From NCBI RefSeq assembly GCF_033153115.1, contig NW_026889759.1, positions 12,896,001 through 12,960,000 on the forward strand: a stretch of DNA of 64,000 nucleotides, given 5' to 3'. The notes under the pieces are model-generated. The model did not search any database. It was given only the letters and a program-made list of their open reading frames with translations, and was not told where the DNA came from. Origin of the DNA: Saccostrea echinata (Eukaryota). The translations under genes were made by a program, and so were the position numbers. This document shows, piece by piece, positions 25,954 to 38,457 of the stretch; positions within the stretch are counted from its first letter, which is position 1; the number at the start of each line of letters is the position of its first letter.

Positions 25954-27287
25954 CCTTTGCAAATGAAAATAGGCTAAAAACAAATATCCTGAAAGTGTTA
26001 AATGTTTGATTTAACAAATGGTTTCCATAGAGTTTGAAGCTTACTAGGTTATAGATTATAACTAAACTTTGAAGTCGATATTACTTCTTGATAAATACGT
26101 GTTTATACTTGAGATTTTTACAGACTATTTTGAATTTCGACTACAAAAATATGTGCGGGTAATACTTGTTTGCACTAAAAATATCATGCGTTTCCAATAG
26201 ATAATATAACAATGATATCACAATTTATTCACTTCGTTGCACTAAATTATTATATCAGTATTACTCGAAATCTAGGACATTTATTGTTTATACCTTAACC
26301 ACAAAGCTCAATCCACTGCATATGGTGCTACAGAAAAAGAAAATATATAACCACATATTCAATTAAAAATGCATATAAAACATTTGAACCCGTTAAGTAA
26401 AAATTCACTCTTATGTCACACAGCCTTTCTGTAAATTAACGGAAATCCAGCAAGAAATTTATAAGAGAATTAAAGAAATACAAATCTTTTCAAACTTGAC
26501 AGAAAAACATTGAAGATATGTACAACAGCAAGATGATCACGTTTGAACTATCAAATTAATTCGTTCAGTCGACACAGAAATTTATTGAGGTTGTATCTTT
26601 TTACGTCTGCCTTGTTTCCCGCAGTAACCTTGGCATCGATGCAGATTTTTAAGATACAATCTGTTTTGTTTGCTGGGCTTTTCTCCGGAAAATATATCCG
26701 CCATCTAATTGTACATTTTCAACACTTTTATTACTTTAAATTGCTTTTCGCAATTTATAAAAACGATGTTCTTTGCACGCTGTCTTCACAATAGACACAA
26801 CATCCAAACGAAACATGCATAACGCTATAAAACCAACTCCTTCCTTAATTCTTGCATAAAAGAAATTGTTTTGCATGTTCGCCATGCCTTTCTTTAAGAC
26901 GTTACCTTCATCAAACAGTTGACCTTCATTATGTTTCCTTCAGCGTATTTATCAAATGTTATTAGATTTTGATAGCAATTTTTTTTATTGCCTTTTGTAC
27001 ATGAGACAGTAATATTTCTAAATTTAAAAAAAATGTATTTTCATCCAACAGTGGCCGAATTGGAAGGTTCTTGAACAACCAATCAAAAAACGGACCATAA
27101 GAAGACGCTCTTTAGCTTAAAAACATTCTCACCTGGAATGCCTTCAATAGTTCTTTTTGAAGAAATGCTTACGTCCGATACATGGATCTGTAAAATATAA
27201 GATACGTATTATTTGTGCAAATAATTTTATGCTCTGAAATCATATGATATTCATTGAATTTTTTTTAACTCACTGATCACTAAAAAT

Positions 27288-27800
27288 AACAAAATGTGTT
27301 TATGAAACACTGATGCCCCCTTATTGCAACTTATAGCGTTAAACTTTCTCACAGGCACATCAAATATGTTGGTACCCAAAGTAAGATGAATATAACTATG
27401 AAATATGAATGCCCTAGCAGAAACCATTGAAAAGATATGGAAAAGGTTAAAGTTTTTCAAAACTAAGTCAAACATCAAGGTCAAATGGTCAAATTTAATG
27501 GTGTCCAAAGAAAAACCTTCTCACAAGAAATATGCACGTGAAATATGAAAGTCCTAGCACCAACCGTTCAAAAGTTAATTAAGGCCAAGTTTAAGTTTTT
27601 CAAAAGTAGGTTAAACTCCAAGGTCAAAGTTGTTGGTATCCAAAGTAAGGTCTTGTCACAAGGATTACATATGTGAAGTATGAAAGTCCTTGCAACAAAT
27701 GTTCAAAAGTAATGACCAAGTTCAAAGTTTTCCAAAAGTAGGTCAAACTACAAGGTCAATGGGCCATAATTGTTGGTTATTGTTGGTATCCAAAGGAAGA
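27288..27800 (+). mobile_element. HINE of the same family as 25106-25953, opposite orientation, 3'-truncated
   Basis: AACAAAATGTGTTTATGAAACACTGATGCC start; units containing AAAAGTAGGTCAAACTCCAAGGTCAA; abuts a Naiad fragment. Confidence 0.8.
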
Positions 27801-27808
27801 TTTCGATA

Positions 27809-29218
27809 CCTCACGATAAATCAAAAACTAGACTGTTTGTTCATAGATAACTGCTTCTTCAATGAAACTGGAAGTCGGAAATTTTTCTATCTTGTGATTA
27901 ATATTGGTCACCAACAAAATTGTTAAAATCACTCTGATCACTCTGATTCTACACACAAGTACTCTGAAGTTGATATTAAAAGGATGCTGGAGTTCCTTAT
28001 TGACAACATTTATTTATTCTTCGGAGACCAGAACTTCCAACAAACTGTTGGAATTTCGATGGACACTTACTGTGCTCCTTTATTAGCCGACCTGTTTTTA
28101 AATTCCTATGAATCAGATTTTATTCAAAAAATTCTACATGAGAGGATGAAATCGCTTGCTGTGGCCTTCAACTCGACATTTAGATATATCGACGATGTGT
28201 TATCAATTAACAATAGTAACCTTCATTCATATGGGTACAGTCCACTAATTGTTTTCCCATAGGCGGCAATGTTAACGTTTCTTCACACAGCAATGTCCCT
28301 AATTTTCGTTCAGCAGTGAGTGACCCCTCAAATCAAAGCACATCAAGTTGTCTTTCCTTGGTTAAAATCTCGAGGTGGCATGTCAGATTCGTTTTCCGGC
28401 AAAATGCGTCTGTCTGCGTTAACCTCTGAAAATGAAAGTGAAAGTAGGGGAATTCCAGACTTCTCACTGGTGTTATAATACATAAAATAATTCTGCCGAT
28501 CTTATTGATAAATTACATCTGCCAAGCTTTTTTGCAAGGGAACATACTCCTTATCAACAAGTATGAGGCTCAGTTTAATACATTATCACAGTTTTTTTTA
28601 TTCAGGTCTGCAAATTAAGGAACTTGTAATTTTTTCTGCACTACTTTCTTCCCCTACCGATTCTATAAATAATTAGAGCTATGTACCCATATGTCGATTC
28701 GATATATCCAAGTGAACTTGAAATAAAAGACACCACAAAGTCTGCCAAATCCGTTTCAAACTCCCCTTATTTATATTATTGTAGCAATATCCAGCTATCA
28801 CCTGCATATAAAGTTTACATTTCCCAACTTATTGAATACTCAAGAGCATGCTTCGAGTACGACCAAATTTAAAACGGCAGGCTACTGACAAAGTGGAAGT
28901 TACATGAATTTCAACAACATCGATTGAAGTCAGTATTTTGTAAATTTTATGGTCGTTTTAATGACCTTGTATTTTGGCTGACTTGTTTAATACCAACTAT
29001 TAGGCCTTTCTTTTTATACTGAATTTGACTACGGAATGTTCCGTCTACCTGATAAATACATACGGCTCACGGCAGATGTGACCGGTCAAAAGGTTATATA
29101 CTTACTGACCCACCTCTGGAATTTCCAGGGGTCCGTGTTTTATGCCCTCTTCACAGAATTGTATTGTTTATAGATTTTTTTTTTAGATTGATTACTGTTT
29201 TTTATCTTCACATTTTCT
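27809..29218 (+). mobile_element. Naiad-type element fragment, subfamily 2
   Basis: ORF 27984..28262: MLEFLIDNIY..CAPLLADLFL..TFRYIDDVLSIN with intact YIDD; resumes as YVDSIYPSELEIKD; 3' motif partly deleted. Confidence 0.88.
28233..28688. mobile_element. MITE with 4-bp TSD (Sola2-like) inserted in the RT
   Basis: Termini GGGTACA..CTAATT / AATTAG..TGTACCC; ATAT duplicated on both sides; removal restores LHSYVDSIYP. Confidence 0.75.
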
Positions 29219-30239
29219 TTCTGGACGATCGATTCCTGAACAAGTGATTCCCTTAATTTTAATCATCTCTCTTTAAAGATTACAGAACCCTTCGTTATTG
29301 CAAACTTCATAAAACTTTGCGATAGACGACTTGAAGCCACGTTTGGTTGAATTTCGTGTAGTGGTTCCAGTGAAAAATATGAATAGTGTACAAATGACAG
29401 ATGCAACTTCTTGCATCAAAGCTCACTCTAGTACCGGCTCGAGGGGAACTAAAAAGTCTGTATGCTTGATGTTCAGAACTAAAGCTATAATATCGAGGTA
29501 TGACCCCTCTTACCGGGAGACGTGATTTACAATTTACAAAGGCCTATTATGATGAAGCGTGTGTGTTGTATGTAATTGATTAAAGGGGGAAGGTATCTAA
29601 AGGATTTTTTTTTGATATACAAATTTATCTACCCCTAGACTGAAATCCATAAAAGATCCCGGATTTAATACTTTAGGGTTGAAAATAAATTATTATCTTT
29701 TTGGTATGAATTTAGACCTATGAATGAAATGGGGCATAAGATCCTACATAATAAAGAGTCTACTCCAGGATGAACAACAATCTGAGTGGAAAATAAACAA
29801 TGCGTCGATTTCGTTCAAAAATTCCTGTAACTAAGAAACCAGTAATCCGTTGGCATTTTTTTCTCTCAAAATTTTAAGCATTTTTTGAGAGTTAATGCTT
29901 GTTGATGGAAACTGTAAGGGATAAATCGTCATTTTTTTTTTTCTTTTCCTTGTTTTTGTGTTTAATTTCGACATTGCAATCGCTTCAGTGGAACAGTGGA
30001 AGTTTAATTTAAAAGACTTAGACAAAACCGCATCACCATCAAAGATGTTAAGCATACTTTATACTGTATTGCGATTCAAGGTAAGGATTATAATACTAAG
30101 TATATATTTATATCACTTAGGGTTGTGGAAAAGGAGAATCATGATACTCAGTAAGTCACCTTTGAAAACCTTTAAAGCATTCAAATCTATCGTGAATACC
30201 AGCTTAATACATCTATTTGTATTACTACTAATAGTATGA

Positions 30240-31095
30240 ATGATATTCCACCATATTTTAAGTTGAAGTCCACACCTTGTAATTCTTACAAATTATACAT
30301 CGACAATTGCTTTCAAACCTTTTCAATCATTAAAAAAAAAACTCTGCCGTGCCTAGATATCGAGCATACATAATCCTCCAACGTGTTTATGTTCTTCACT
30401 CTGCAACTATAGTCCTGCTGGACACGTCATTACTGGTGGCGTAAATATATTTAATAATGAGGACCTTAAATCACTTATTATAAGAGGGTCAAAGTTTGAG
30501 GATCCCCAATCTTTCAACTGAAGAAGACTTTAATGATAACCTAACAACAAAGCTTTATGATAAACGTGATGGCTTCAATGTTTCAATCGTCAACTTCCCT
30601 TACTTATGTAGCAATATACCCTTATCTCCTGCAAATGGGGTGTTTGTTTCCCCGTTGATTCGATACGCAAAAGCATGCTCTACGGAAGAACAATTTTTAA
30701 AACAAGGCAAGCTATTGACAAACAAGTTCATGATACAAGAATATCAACAGTATCGTTTGAAGTCATCATTTTGCACGTTTTATGGTCGATACAATGACCT
30801 TGTCAGCAAATACAATATATCATAAAGTTAAATGCTGACTAACGTTTTTTCATACTTATAATGAGTTATTGTTAGGCCATTATTTACACACTGAAATTGT
30901 CTACGGAAATTTCCGTTTTTCACGATCATAACAAGGAGCAGACTGCGGATGTGACCGGCGGCAGGGGATGCTCACTCCTCCATGGCAGCTGCTCTCACCA
31001 CTGGTGTTTTTGGAGGTTCGTGTTTGCTCTGCTGCTGATTTGTATGGTCTAAATTTATTTGAGCTTGAATACTGTTCGTTATCTTCTTATTTCAT
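30240..31095 (+). mobile_element. Internally deleted Naiad-type element (CxC linker fused to RT thumb and 3' end)
   Basis: PPTCLCSS..YSPAGHVITG..DPQSFN jumps at ~30520 to EDFNDNLTTKLYDKRD; subfamily-1 3' motif. Confidence 0.85.
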
Positions 31096-31196
31096 TAATG
31101 TCCATCCATTTGCAGCGATTTTTGTTTTTAGTGTTTTTTCAGATTATAACAATTTAAAATGATTTTTTATACTTCACGAAGACGATACTAACCACT

Positions 31197-31264
31197 AGTT
31201 ACAGTGATTTAACTATAAAATCATTTCTTAAGTTACAGTGATTTAACTATAAAATCATTTCTTA
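31197..31264. repeat. Perfect 34-bp tandem duplication
   Basis: AGTTACAGTGATTTAACTATAAAATCATTTCTTA x2. Confidence 0.95.
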
Positions 31265-32331
31265 AGGAATAATATCGTCGTATTGTCTCCTTAATGTTCT
31301 ATAACTTATTTAAATACAGCAACTCGCCCTAGGCTGCCCCAAGACACCTAAAGCGTTTTCTTTTACTTTTGTAACTACATGTAGATGAATACTAGTAATT
31401 ACAAACTGTCAAACTATAGTAAACTCTTTGAATTTTATTTAAAGCCTTTTGGTCGGATGTTTATCGTAACAAACTTAGAATTACCTGAATCGATTTCTGT
31501 CTACAGTATATTTAAACAAAATGTTGGCGATGTGTTAGACAGGATGTGAATAACTTGTGAATAACAAATAACTTGATAATTATGAGATGACGATTAAATG
31601 TGATAATTTCATCAGCCTAAGTACAATACCACAAGTATTTCTGCTCTTCCCGTAGTATTTCATCCTACGTGAATATACAGCTCAAAAATCTTTTTTTACC
31701 AAACATGCGTTTGTGATCAAATTGAATGCACATTTTTGAAAGAAATGCATTTCATCTAAACAATGATGCAAACAAAAGTTATTCTGAATTTTGCAATATT
31801 ATCATGAGAGATATTTTTGTTTTTAGTAGTCAGTTGCTCCCCCTTTTGTGCGAATAACAGCTTTGAAAGGACTATTTGAAGGAATATTTGAAAGGCTTAT
31901 TCATAGCTTAATGATGACATTCGGGGTCAAAGGTCCTTGCTCAAACAGGACACTTCTAAAATATTAAGTGGAGGCAAACAGCGGGAATCAAAAAAAGGAT
32001 TCTGTAAAAACATTATTCATAAAACACCTAATAACTTTAAAGCTGTTTTTCATGCAAAAGGTAAAACAACTATATACGAAAAAAATATCAACCATGAATA
32101 TAAAAACTATGATAAAATTGCAAAATTCATCATATCTTTTCCCCCTCTCTGTTTAGTAGCAATACATATCTTTCCAAAATGTGCATGAAATCTATTTCAG
32201 GTGTGCTAAGAAAAGAAAGGAGTAATTCTCTGCTGTCCAACTGTCAAGACAAATCTGGAAATAAGAACTGGATTTTCATCACCTTGCAATAAGACGCTTA
32301 TTCTTTACTGGTGGTCCTGATCAGGGTCTTG

Positions 32332-32724
32332 GTCTTGCTGCAGAATTTATTATGATATTTACAGCTTAGCCTAAAGTCTTGCTGCAGAATTTATTATGAT
32401 ATTTACACCTTACCCTAAAGTCTTGCTGCAGAATTTATTATGATATTTACACCTTACCCTAAAGTCTTGTTGCAGAATTTATCAGGATATTTACACCTTA
32501 CCCTAAAGTCTTGTTGCAGAATTTATCAGGATATTTACACCTTACCCTAAAGTCTTGTTGCAGAATTTATCAGGATATTTACACCTTACCATAAGGTCTT
32601 GTTGCAGAATTTATCAGGATATTTACACCTTACCCTAAGGTCTTGATGCAGGATTTATCTGGATATTTACAGCTTACCCTAAGGTCTTGATGCAGAATTT
32701 ATCAGGATATTTACAGCTTACCTT
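32332..32724. repeat. 44-bp minisatellite, ~9 copies
   Basis: Unit GTCTTGTTGCAGAATTTATCAGGATATTTACACCTTACCCTAAA at an exact 44-bp period. Confidence 0.95.
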
Positions 32725-33581
32725 ACACAGCACTTATGTATCTTAATGTATTCTAGCTGTGTACAACAATTTTATTGAACAATATAGGGGAGCTAACATT
32801 TTAATAGAATTTAAAACATGTATATTTATTTTGTTGTTAATTTTTTAAAAGTCAATAAACAATATAATGTAACTGGATGACGTCTAATCTGTACCAGGTT
32901 TTAATTGAAATCAGACAGAATCAGTAGGAATAACATATACGAGAACTTGACAGATTATTTCTATTTGACTAGCCATGACAACAACCATAATCGAAATCAT
33001 ATGTATTTTATGTGTTTTCTAATTTATCTATTTAAGTAACCATGGCAACATCTGCATTAGAATTAAATGATATACGACAACTTACTAAACGAAAATATTT
33101 CTTTTTTAACAGTTTACAGTACAAGTGTGTATATAATTGACTTTGAAAGTACTTAAATACTTTTGGATTTAGAGAGCAATTAAACTTTAGAAGGATAATT
33201 AGTTTCATTTGCATTAAAAAAAATTATAATAATAAAAGTATAATTATATGCATGTTAAATAAATACTAATTACATAATATAAACATGTAATTGGAATACT
33301 TCAAGAAGCAAGATTTGAACAGACTCCAAATGACAACTCATGTATTCAGAAAATCATACATAAAGTTACGTTTAGAAATAGGAATGCGAAGAATATGAAA
33401 CCAATGCTCAGAGGCGTTTCTAAAACATTTGCTGAACTGTTCAGAAAAGAACATTTTAGTATAAATTTGAAATGTTATTTGATACTGAGAATAAAAGTAA
33501 ATAAAAACAATTTCATTGATATAGCTCCAGAGGGATTATAATCTCGTTCAGAAAAATAAGTGTCTGTTTTTTTTTAATTGA

Positions 33582-34180
33582 TTTTTAGCTCTACTGGTCA
33601 GAGACCAGAAGAGCTTATGTGATAGTAAGGTGTCCGTCGTCCGTCTGTCTGTCTGTCTAGCTGTCCGTCCGTCTGTAAACAATTTTTCAAAATGCTACTC
33701 CTCCTACAGTTTTGGTCTGATTTCAATATAACTGGCACACAAGTAGACTACACTAAGTTACATAATTCTCTTTATCGGTTTTTGATTTCGATGAACGGTG
33801 TTGCCATGGTTACTAAAAATAGAAATTTCTGTGAAATACTTTCAAAATGCTACTCCTCCTACACTTTTTGTCTGATTTCAGTATAATGTGGCATACAAGT
33901 AGACTACAGAGATACATAATTGGTGTTATTGTTTTTTGATTTTGTTGAATGATGTTGCCATGGTTACTTAAATCAAAATTTCTGTAAAATTGTTTTAAAA
34001 GGCTACTCCTCCTACAGTTTTAGTCATATATAATAATAAATCTTGCCACAAAAGAGACTAAACCAAGAATCATTATTCTATTTATTGCTGTTGCAAAGTT
34101 TCAAGTCCAAGTGCTACTTTTATCTTCCTTTATAAATACAACCAGTAGAGCTACAGTCTCGTCAGAGACTTCTGGTTTTT
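33582..34180 (-). mobile_element. HINE with ~160-bp central repeats (third repeat family)
   Basis: Perfect 12-bp sub-TIR AGCTCTACTGGT (33587) / ACCAGTAGAGCT (34141); (GTCY)n microsatellite; three units containing GCTACTCCTCCTACA; more decayed relatives near 7.2-7.7, 17.9-18.4, 20.0-20.5 and 32.9 kb. Confidence 0.85.
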
Positions 34181-34291
34181 CAAGGGGTGTGTTAAATCAA
34201 TGAAATGTGTAAAACACATAAATAAATAAATAAAATTATTTATATTTTAATGCAACGATAAATATAAAAAAGAAGTAAGGTTTTTAATAAA

Positions 34292-36494
34292 AACAAGAAG
34301 AACTGCTTTAATGCTTACAATGTAAGAGGAGATCTTGAAACGAGTTTTTTCGGCCACAATTGGCCTCCCAGATGAAAATGAAAATTCATAAACCTTATTG
34401 CACATCTTATCATATTCCATAACCTAATGGCTAATGCGTTAAATGTAAGAGGGGTTTTTGGAACATTGGTTTGTAGAGAGAAAAAAAAGTCATTTTTTTT
34501 CGATCCCAATTGGCCCCAAGGATTAAAATGAAAATTCCAAATTTTGAAACCTTGCACTTCTAAAAGGCACCGCCATTCAAATTCTAAGGCAAAATTTGGC
34601 TACTGCATAAAATGTAAGAACAGCTCTTTGAAAAAAAATAGTTTTTGAATCTCCGGGATAAAAATTCCGAAACCTTACTGCACACCTGCAAAACACCACC
34701 AATTAATTCCAACAGATGACATGGCTACTGCCTAAAATGTAAGCGCACTTCTGGTAAACAGTTTTTAGAGAGAAAAAATTTCGACCCTCAAGCTAAAAAT
34801 GACTAGATACTAGATACAGTCATAAGACAGTACTATCCGCAAGTGTTTGCCTCTTAATGTAAGCTAGCTCCCTTGTACTTAGGTAACCAAGAAACCATAA
34901 TAGTTTATTNNNNNNNNNNNNNNNNNNNNNNNNNNNNNNNNNNNNNNNNNNNNNNNNNNNNNNNNNNNNNNNNNNNNNNNNNNNNNNNNNNNNNNNNNNN
35001 NNNNNNNNNNNNNNNNNNNNNNNNNNNNNNNNNNNNNNNNNNNNNNNNNNNNNNNNNNNNNNNNNNNNNNNNNNAAAGACTGTAATGAAGTAAATTCGAT
35101 TTCTAAAAAAAGGAGTTACGGAAAGAATGCTTTTCTGTAAACAAAAAAGCAAAAAAAGGAAGAAATCGACCTAAAATTGGAAATTGATGATTTTTTTGTC
35201 CAAATTACCATTTAATAATTTTTTCAATGAATGGCATTTCTCGATCAAATCGAATATTTTAGAAATCGAAATGACATTTTTTTCGAAAATGAATTACATG
35301 AACTCAAACTTATATTGAAAGGGGGCTTTTAAAACTCACCCGGGTGATCTCGAATGACTTTGGAATCAAGCAAACCAACCTTTATCACCATTTCACAATT
35401 TATCTGTTTTCCTGCCACATTTGCCTCCTTGGAAAATTTCTACAGGATACCATCAAATTACCTTCCAAAAGAAAATGTATGAGGGGTCTGGGAACCGGGT
35501 TTCTGAAAAACAACGACCCTCATTTGACCCCTATGGTGAAAATGAAAATTCCGAAACCTTATTGTTTATTTACAGGACACCAACTATCATATTTCAAAAG
35601 ATGAATTGGTTACTGCTTAAATTGTAAGAGAAGTTTGAACAAGAAGAAAGTGTGACAGATGGATACACGGACCAGGATAACAACAATATACCGAACTTTC
35701 TTTTTGAAAGGGCAGGTATAAGAATGGTTGAGATTTCAACCCTTAAACAAAAATATTCCTGCTGTACATGACAATGCACTAAGCACCAGGTGTTGTACAT
35801 CGTTTTCGATCCCCAGTTGGCCCTAGGGTGAAAATGAAATTTCCGAAACCTTATTGCACATCTACAGGACACCAGCAAACATCTTCTAAAAGATAATTTG
35901 GCTGCTGCTTTAAATGGAGGAGGAGTTCTCGGAACTAGGGGATTTTTTTTAAGAAAAAAGTCATTTTTCGACCCCTATATGGCACCTAGGTTGAAAATGA
36001 AAATTCTGAAACCTTAACTGCACATCTACAGGACACCACCAATCGCCTTCCAAAAAGATGATTTGCCTTTTGCATTAAATGTAAGAGGGGTTCCGGAAAA
36101 ACCAGGGGGGGGGGGGGGTTTAAGAAAAAATGAAATTGGCCCCCTAGGATGAACATGAAAATTTCGAAAGCTTATTGCATATCCACAGGACATCGCCAAT
36201 CATCTTCCAAAAAATGTTTAAGTTACTGTGTTAAATGTAAAAAGTCTTTGAAAATCAGGGGGGTTGTAGAAAGTAAATTTTTGACCCCCGTTTATCCCTC
36301 AAGGTAAACTTGAAAACTTGAAAATTCAGAAACCTTATTACACGTCAATAGGACACCACCTATCATATTCCAAAAGATTAATTGGTTACTGCTTAAAACA
36401 AAAGAGGGGTTTGAGGAAGAAGAAAGCGTGACGGACGGACGTTCCGACGGATGGATTGACCAGGGTAACAACAATATACCCGAACTTTCTTTTG
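34292..36494 (+). mobile_element. Cluster of HINEs with ~160-bp repeats (fourth family); at least two 3' ends; contains a gap
   Basis: AACAAG start at 34292; repeated GAAACCTTATTGCACATCTACAGGACACC; GACG-type microsatellite plus AACAATATACC(C)GAACTTTC ends at ~35720 and ~36494. Confidence 0.8.
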
Positions 36495-36745
36495 CCACCA
36501 ATACGGCAGAATTGAACTTGGCAATTTACATAGCTAACACGTCGTCTTAAACCTTTGTTTAAAATATTTTCTTTCTTGTAAGAACTTTCCACCTTGTCCT
36601 TTTTTATGATCTTTGAAAAAAAGTTGTCACAGGAGCTGCTGAATTCAAATCAAGAAAACCTTAAAGTTTGCCTTTCACATCATTATCTTCTAAAAAGGAA
36701 CTCACAAAAACATTGATGTCCATTTGCGACCATCATCAGAACATT

Positions 36746-37045
36746 GTCGCCCGCGTGGCGCAGTGGTTAGAGCGTCTGCTCTAGAGTCGTGGTGTAAGGA
36801 GTTGATCCTTACGTCGCGGGTTCGAATCCCACTGTGGGATGTGGAGACCGGTCCTTCGGATGAGACCGTATAAACCGAGGTCCCGTGTCGCAGTAGGTGC
36901 TGGCAGATCCCTCACTGCTCAATGGCCGTAAGTGCCGAGTATAGGACAAAATTTGCAGCTCTCCACCGGCAAGTGGTGGCGTCTCCATATGAGTGAAAAA
37001 TTCTCGAGAGGGACGTTAAACAACATACAATCAATCAATCAATCA
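36746..37045 (+). mobile_element. Full-length tRNA-derived SINE with Deu/Nin-like core and (CAAT)n tail
   Basis: A box TGGCGCAGTGG, B box GGTTCGAATCC, core TTCGGATGAGACC..AAACCGAGGTCCCGTGT; 14-bp TSD with 2 mismatches (36732-36745 / 37042-37055). Confidence 0.88.
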
Positions 37046-38457
37046 TTATAACATTACTTATTCTATATGTGAAAGAGATAAAGATGATTATTGGGGTCTT
37101 TTTAATATTGTAATACATTTTGGAGTCTCTTGAAAAGGACATTCTCTATAATTCAAAAAAAAGGGCATTGGAAATAATAAGATGATTAAGTCCTTAGAGA
37201 ATTTAAACCTTTAAAAGATTCCTCAAATGACAAGAAAGTGTCGTATATGTGCAGTAGAAATATTAAAAAGGCCCTAGTCTTGATTTTTAACGGAAATCAA
37301 AAAATAAGATTCATTCGTATCTGTTGGGATGCATAATTTTAGTACTGTATATTTATTAATCTTTATATCAAACCACACATTATAGTTGTTGAATGTTGTA
37401 ACACTCTTGCGAGTCACAGCTGGCTTCACCGACTTTGTTCCAAAGAAAAAAAAGTTTACACTCCCAAATATAAATAAAGAAAACATTTTTATAACGCTTT
37501 TCTAACCAACATGACACTCCTAGAGAGGACCAAAAAATTAACGAAAAAAAAAATGTGACCTTTCCCCACCACAAATAACAAATCGTCGCGGACAGACCAA
37601 TAGATATATTAAACTCATGAGTAAAAATGACCGGGATTCATTTGCAGATAAACCCTGTATAGATGTACCGACAAACGCGTATACCGGGTTATGTTAATTA
37701 AATATATGTAAGATCGGAACTATCTTTTGAATACCAGTCTTTATTTTTTCTTTTACAAAGTGTATCGTCTAATATGAGTTGTCTTGAATTGGATACAAGT
37801 GTTTAACTTGAATAGTTCAGAACTGTTACCACCTCAAGTGAATTTCAACTGATGTGAAAATAACTGAAAAAGAGAAAAATAAATGTCTGGGAAATTGTAT
37901 TATTGACCATTTTTCCATCTTTTTTACAGATAATGACACAAGAAACTTTCGTGTGACAAAAATTAAAAAAAAAAAGAAAGTTTCATAACCATTAAGTATT
38001 GAGGACTTTTATCATAAATGTATAAAATATTTTTTGCCACGAATCCATTCCTTCTGAGGATTAATATGATTAATAATGGTAATTACAATGAAAATAATAG
38101 ATTAGTGGCAATTTAATGCACTTTTTAAGATCTAAAAATTGAATCTTGCAATATGCATATTTCAAGAGAGAATCGGAGTCTGTGACGTCATATGGCGACT
38201 CCCTGGAAAAAGTAGTAGGAAAACTGGGAAATTTGTTTTCATAACGATTTTTAATTATTCGGCTTGCTTAAATGTCATACTTTTCTGCAATGATAATTAT
38301 CTAATCAAGTAAGAATCTAATAAAAGATGAAAAACATTTACCCTCCAGCATCGTACTGTTGTTATTTGTCCTCATTTAAAGTAATGGATATGCTTAAGTC
38401 TCAAAGCCAAGTTGTTTTTTTTTTCAATATGCATGTACATAGTACTAGATGTGTATA

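Noticed and set aside
17255-30825. Intact reverse transcriptase genes (ORFs at 17255, 18573, 19030, 19239, 27984, 28681, 30496)
   Set aside because: All are frameshifted or truncated pieces of dead retroelement copies.
32332-32724. CRISPR array
   Set aside because: Pure tandem repeat with no unique spacers, in a eukaryotic context.
36746-36842. Functional (suppressor) tRNA gene
   Set aside because: The anticodon stem does not pair, and the sequence continues into a SINE core and tail flanked by a TSD.
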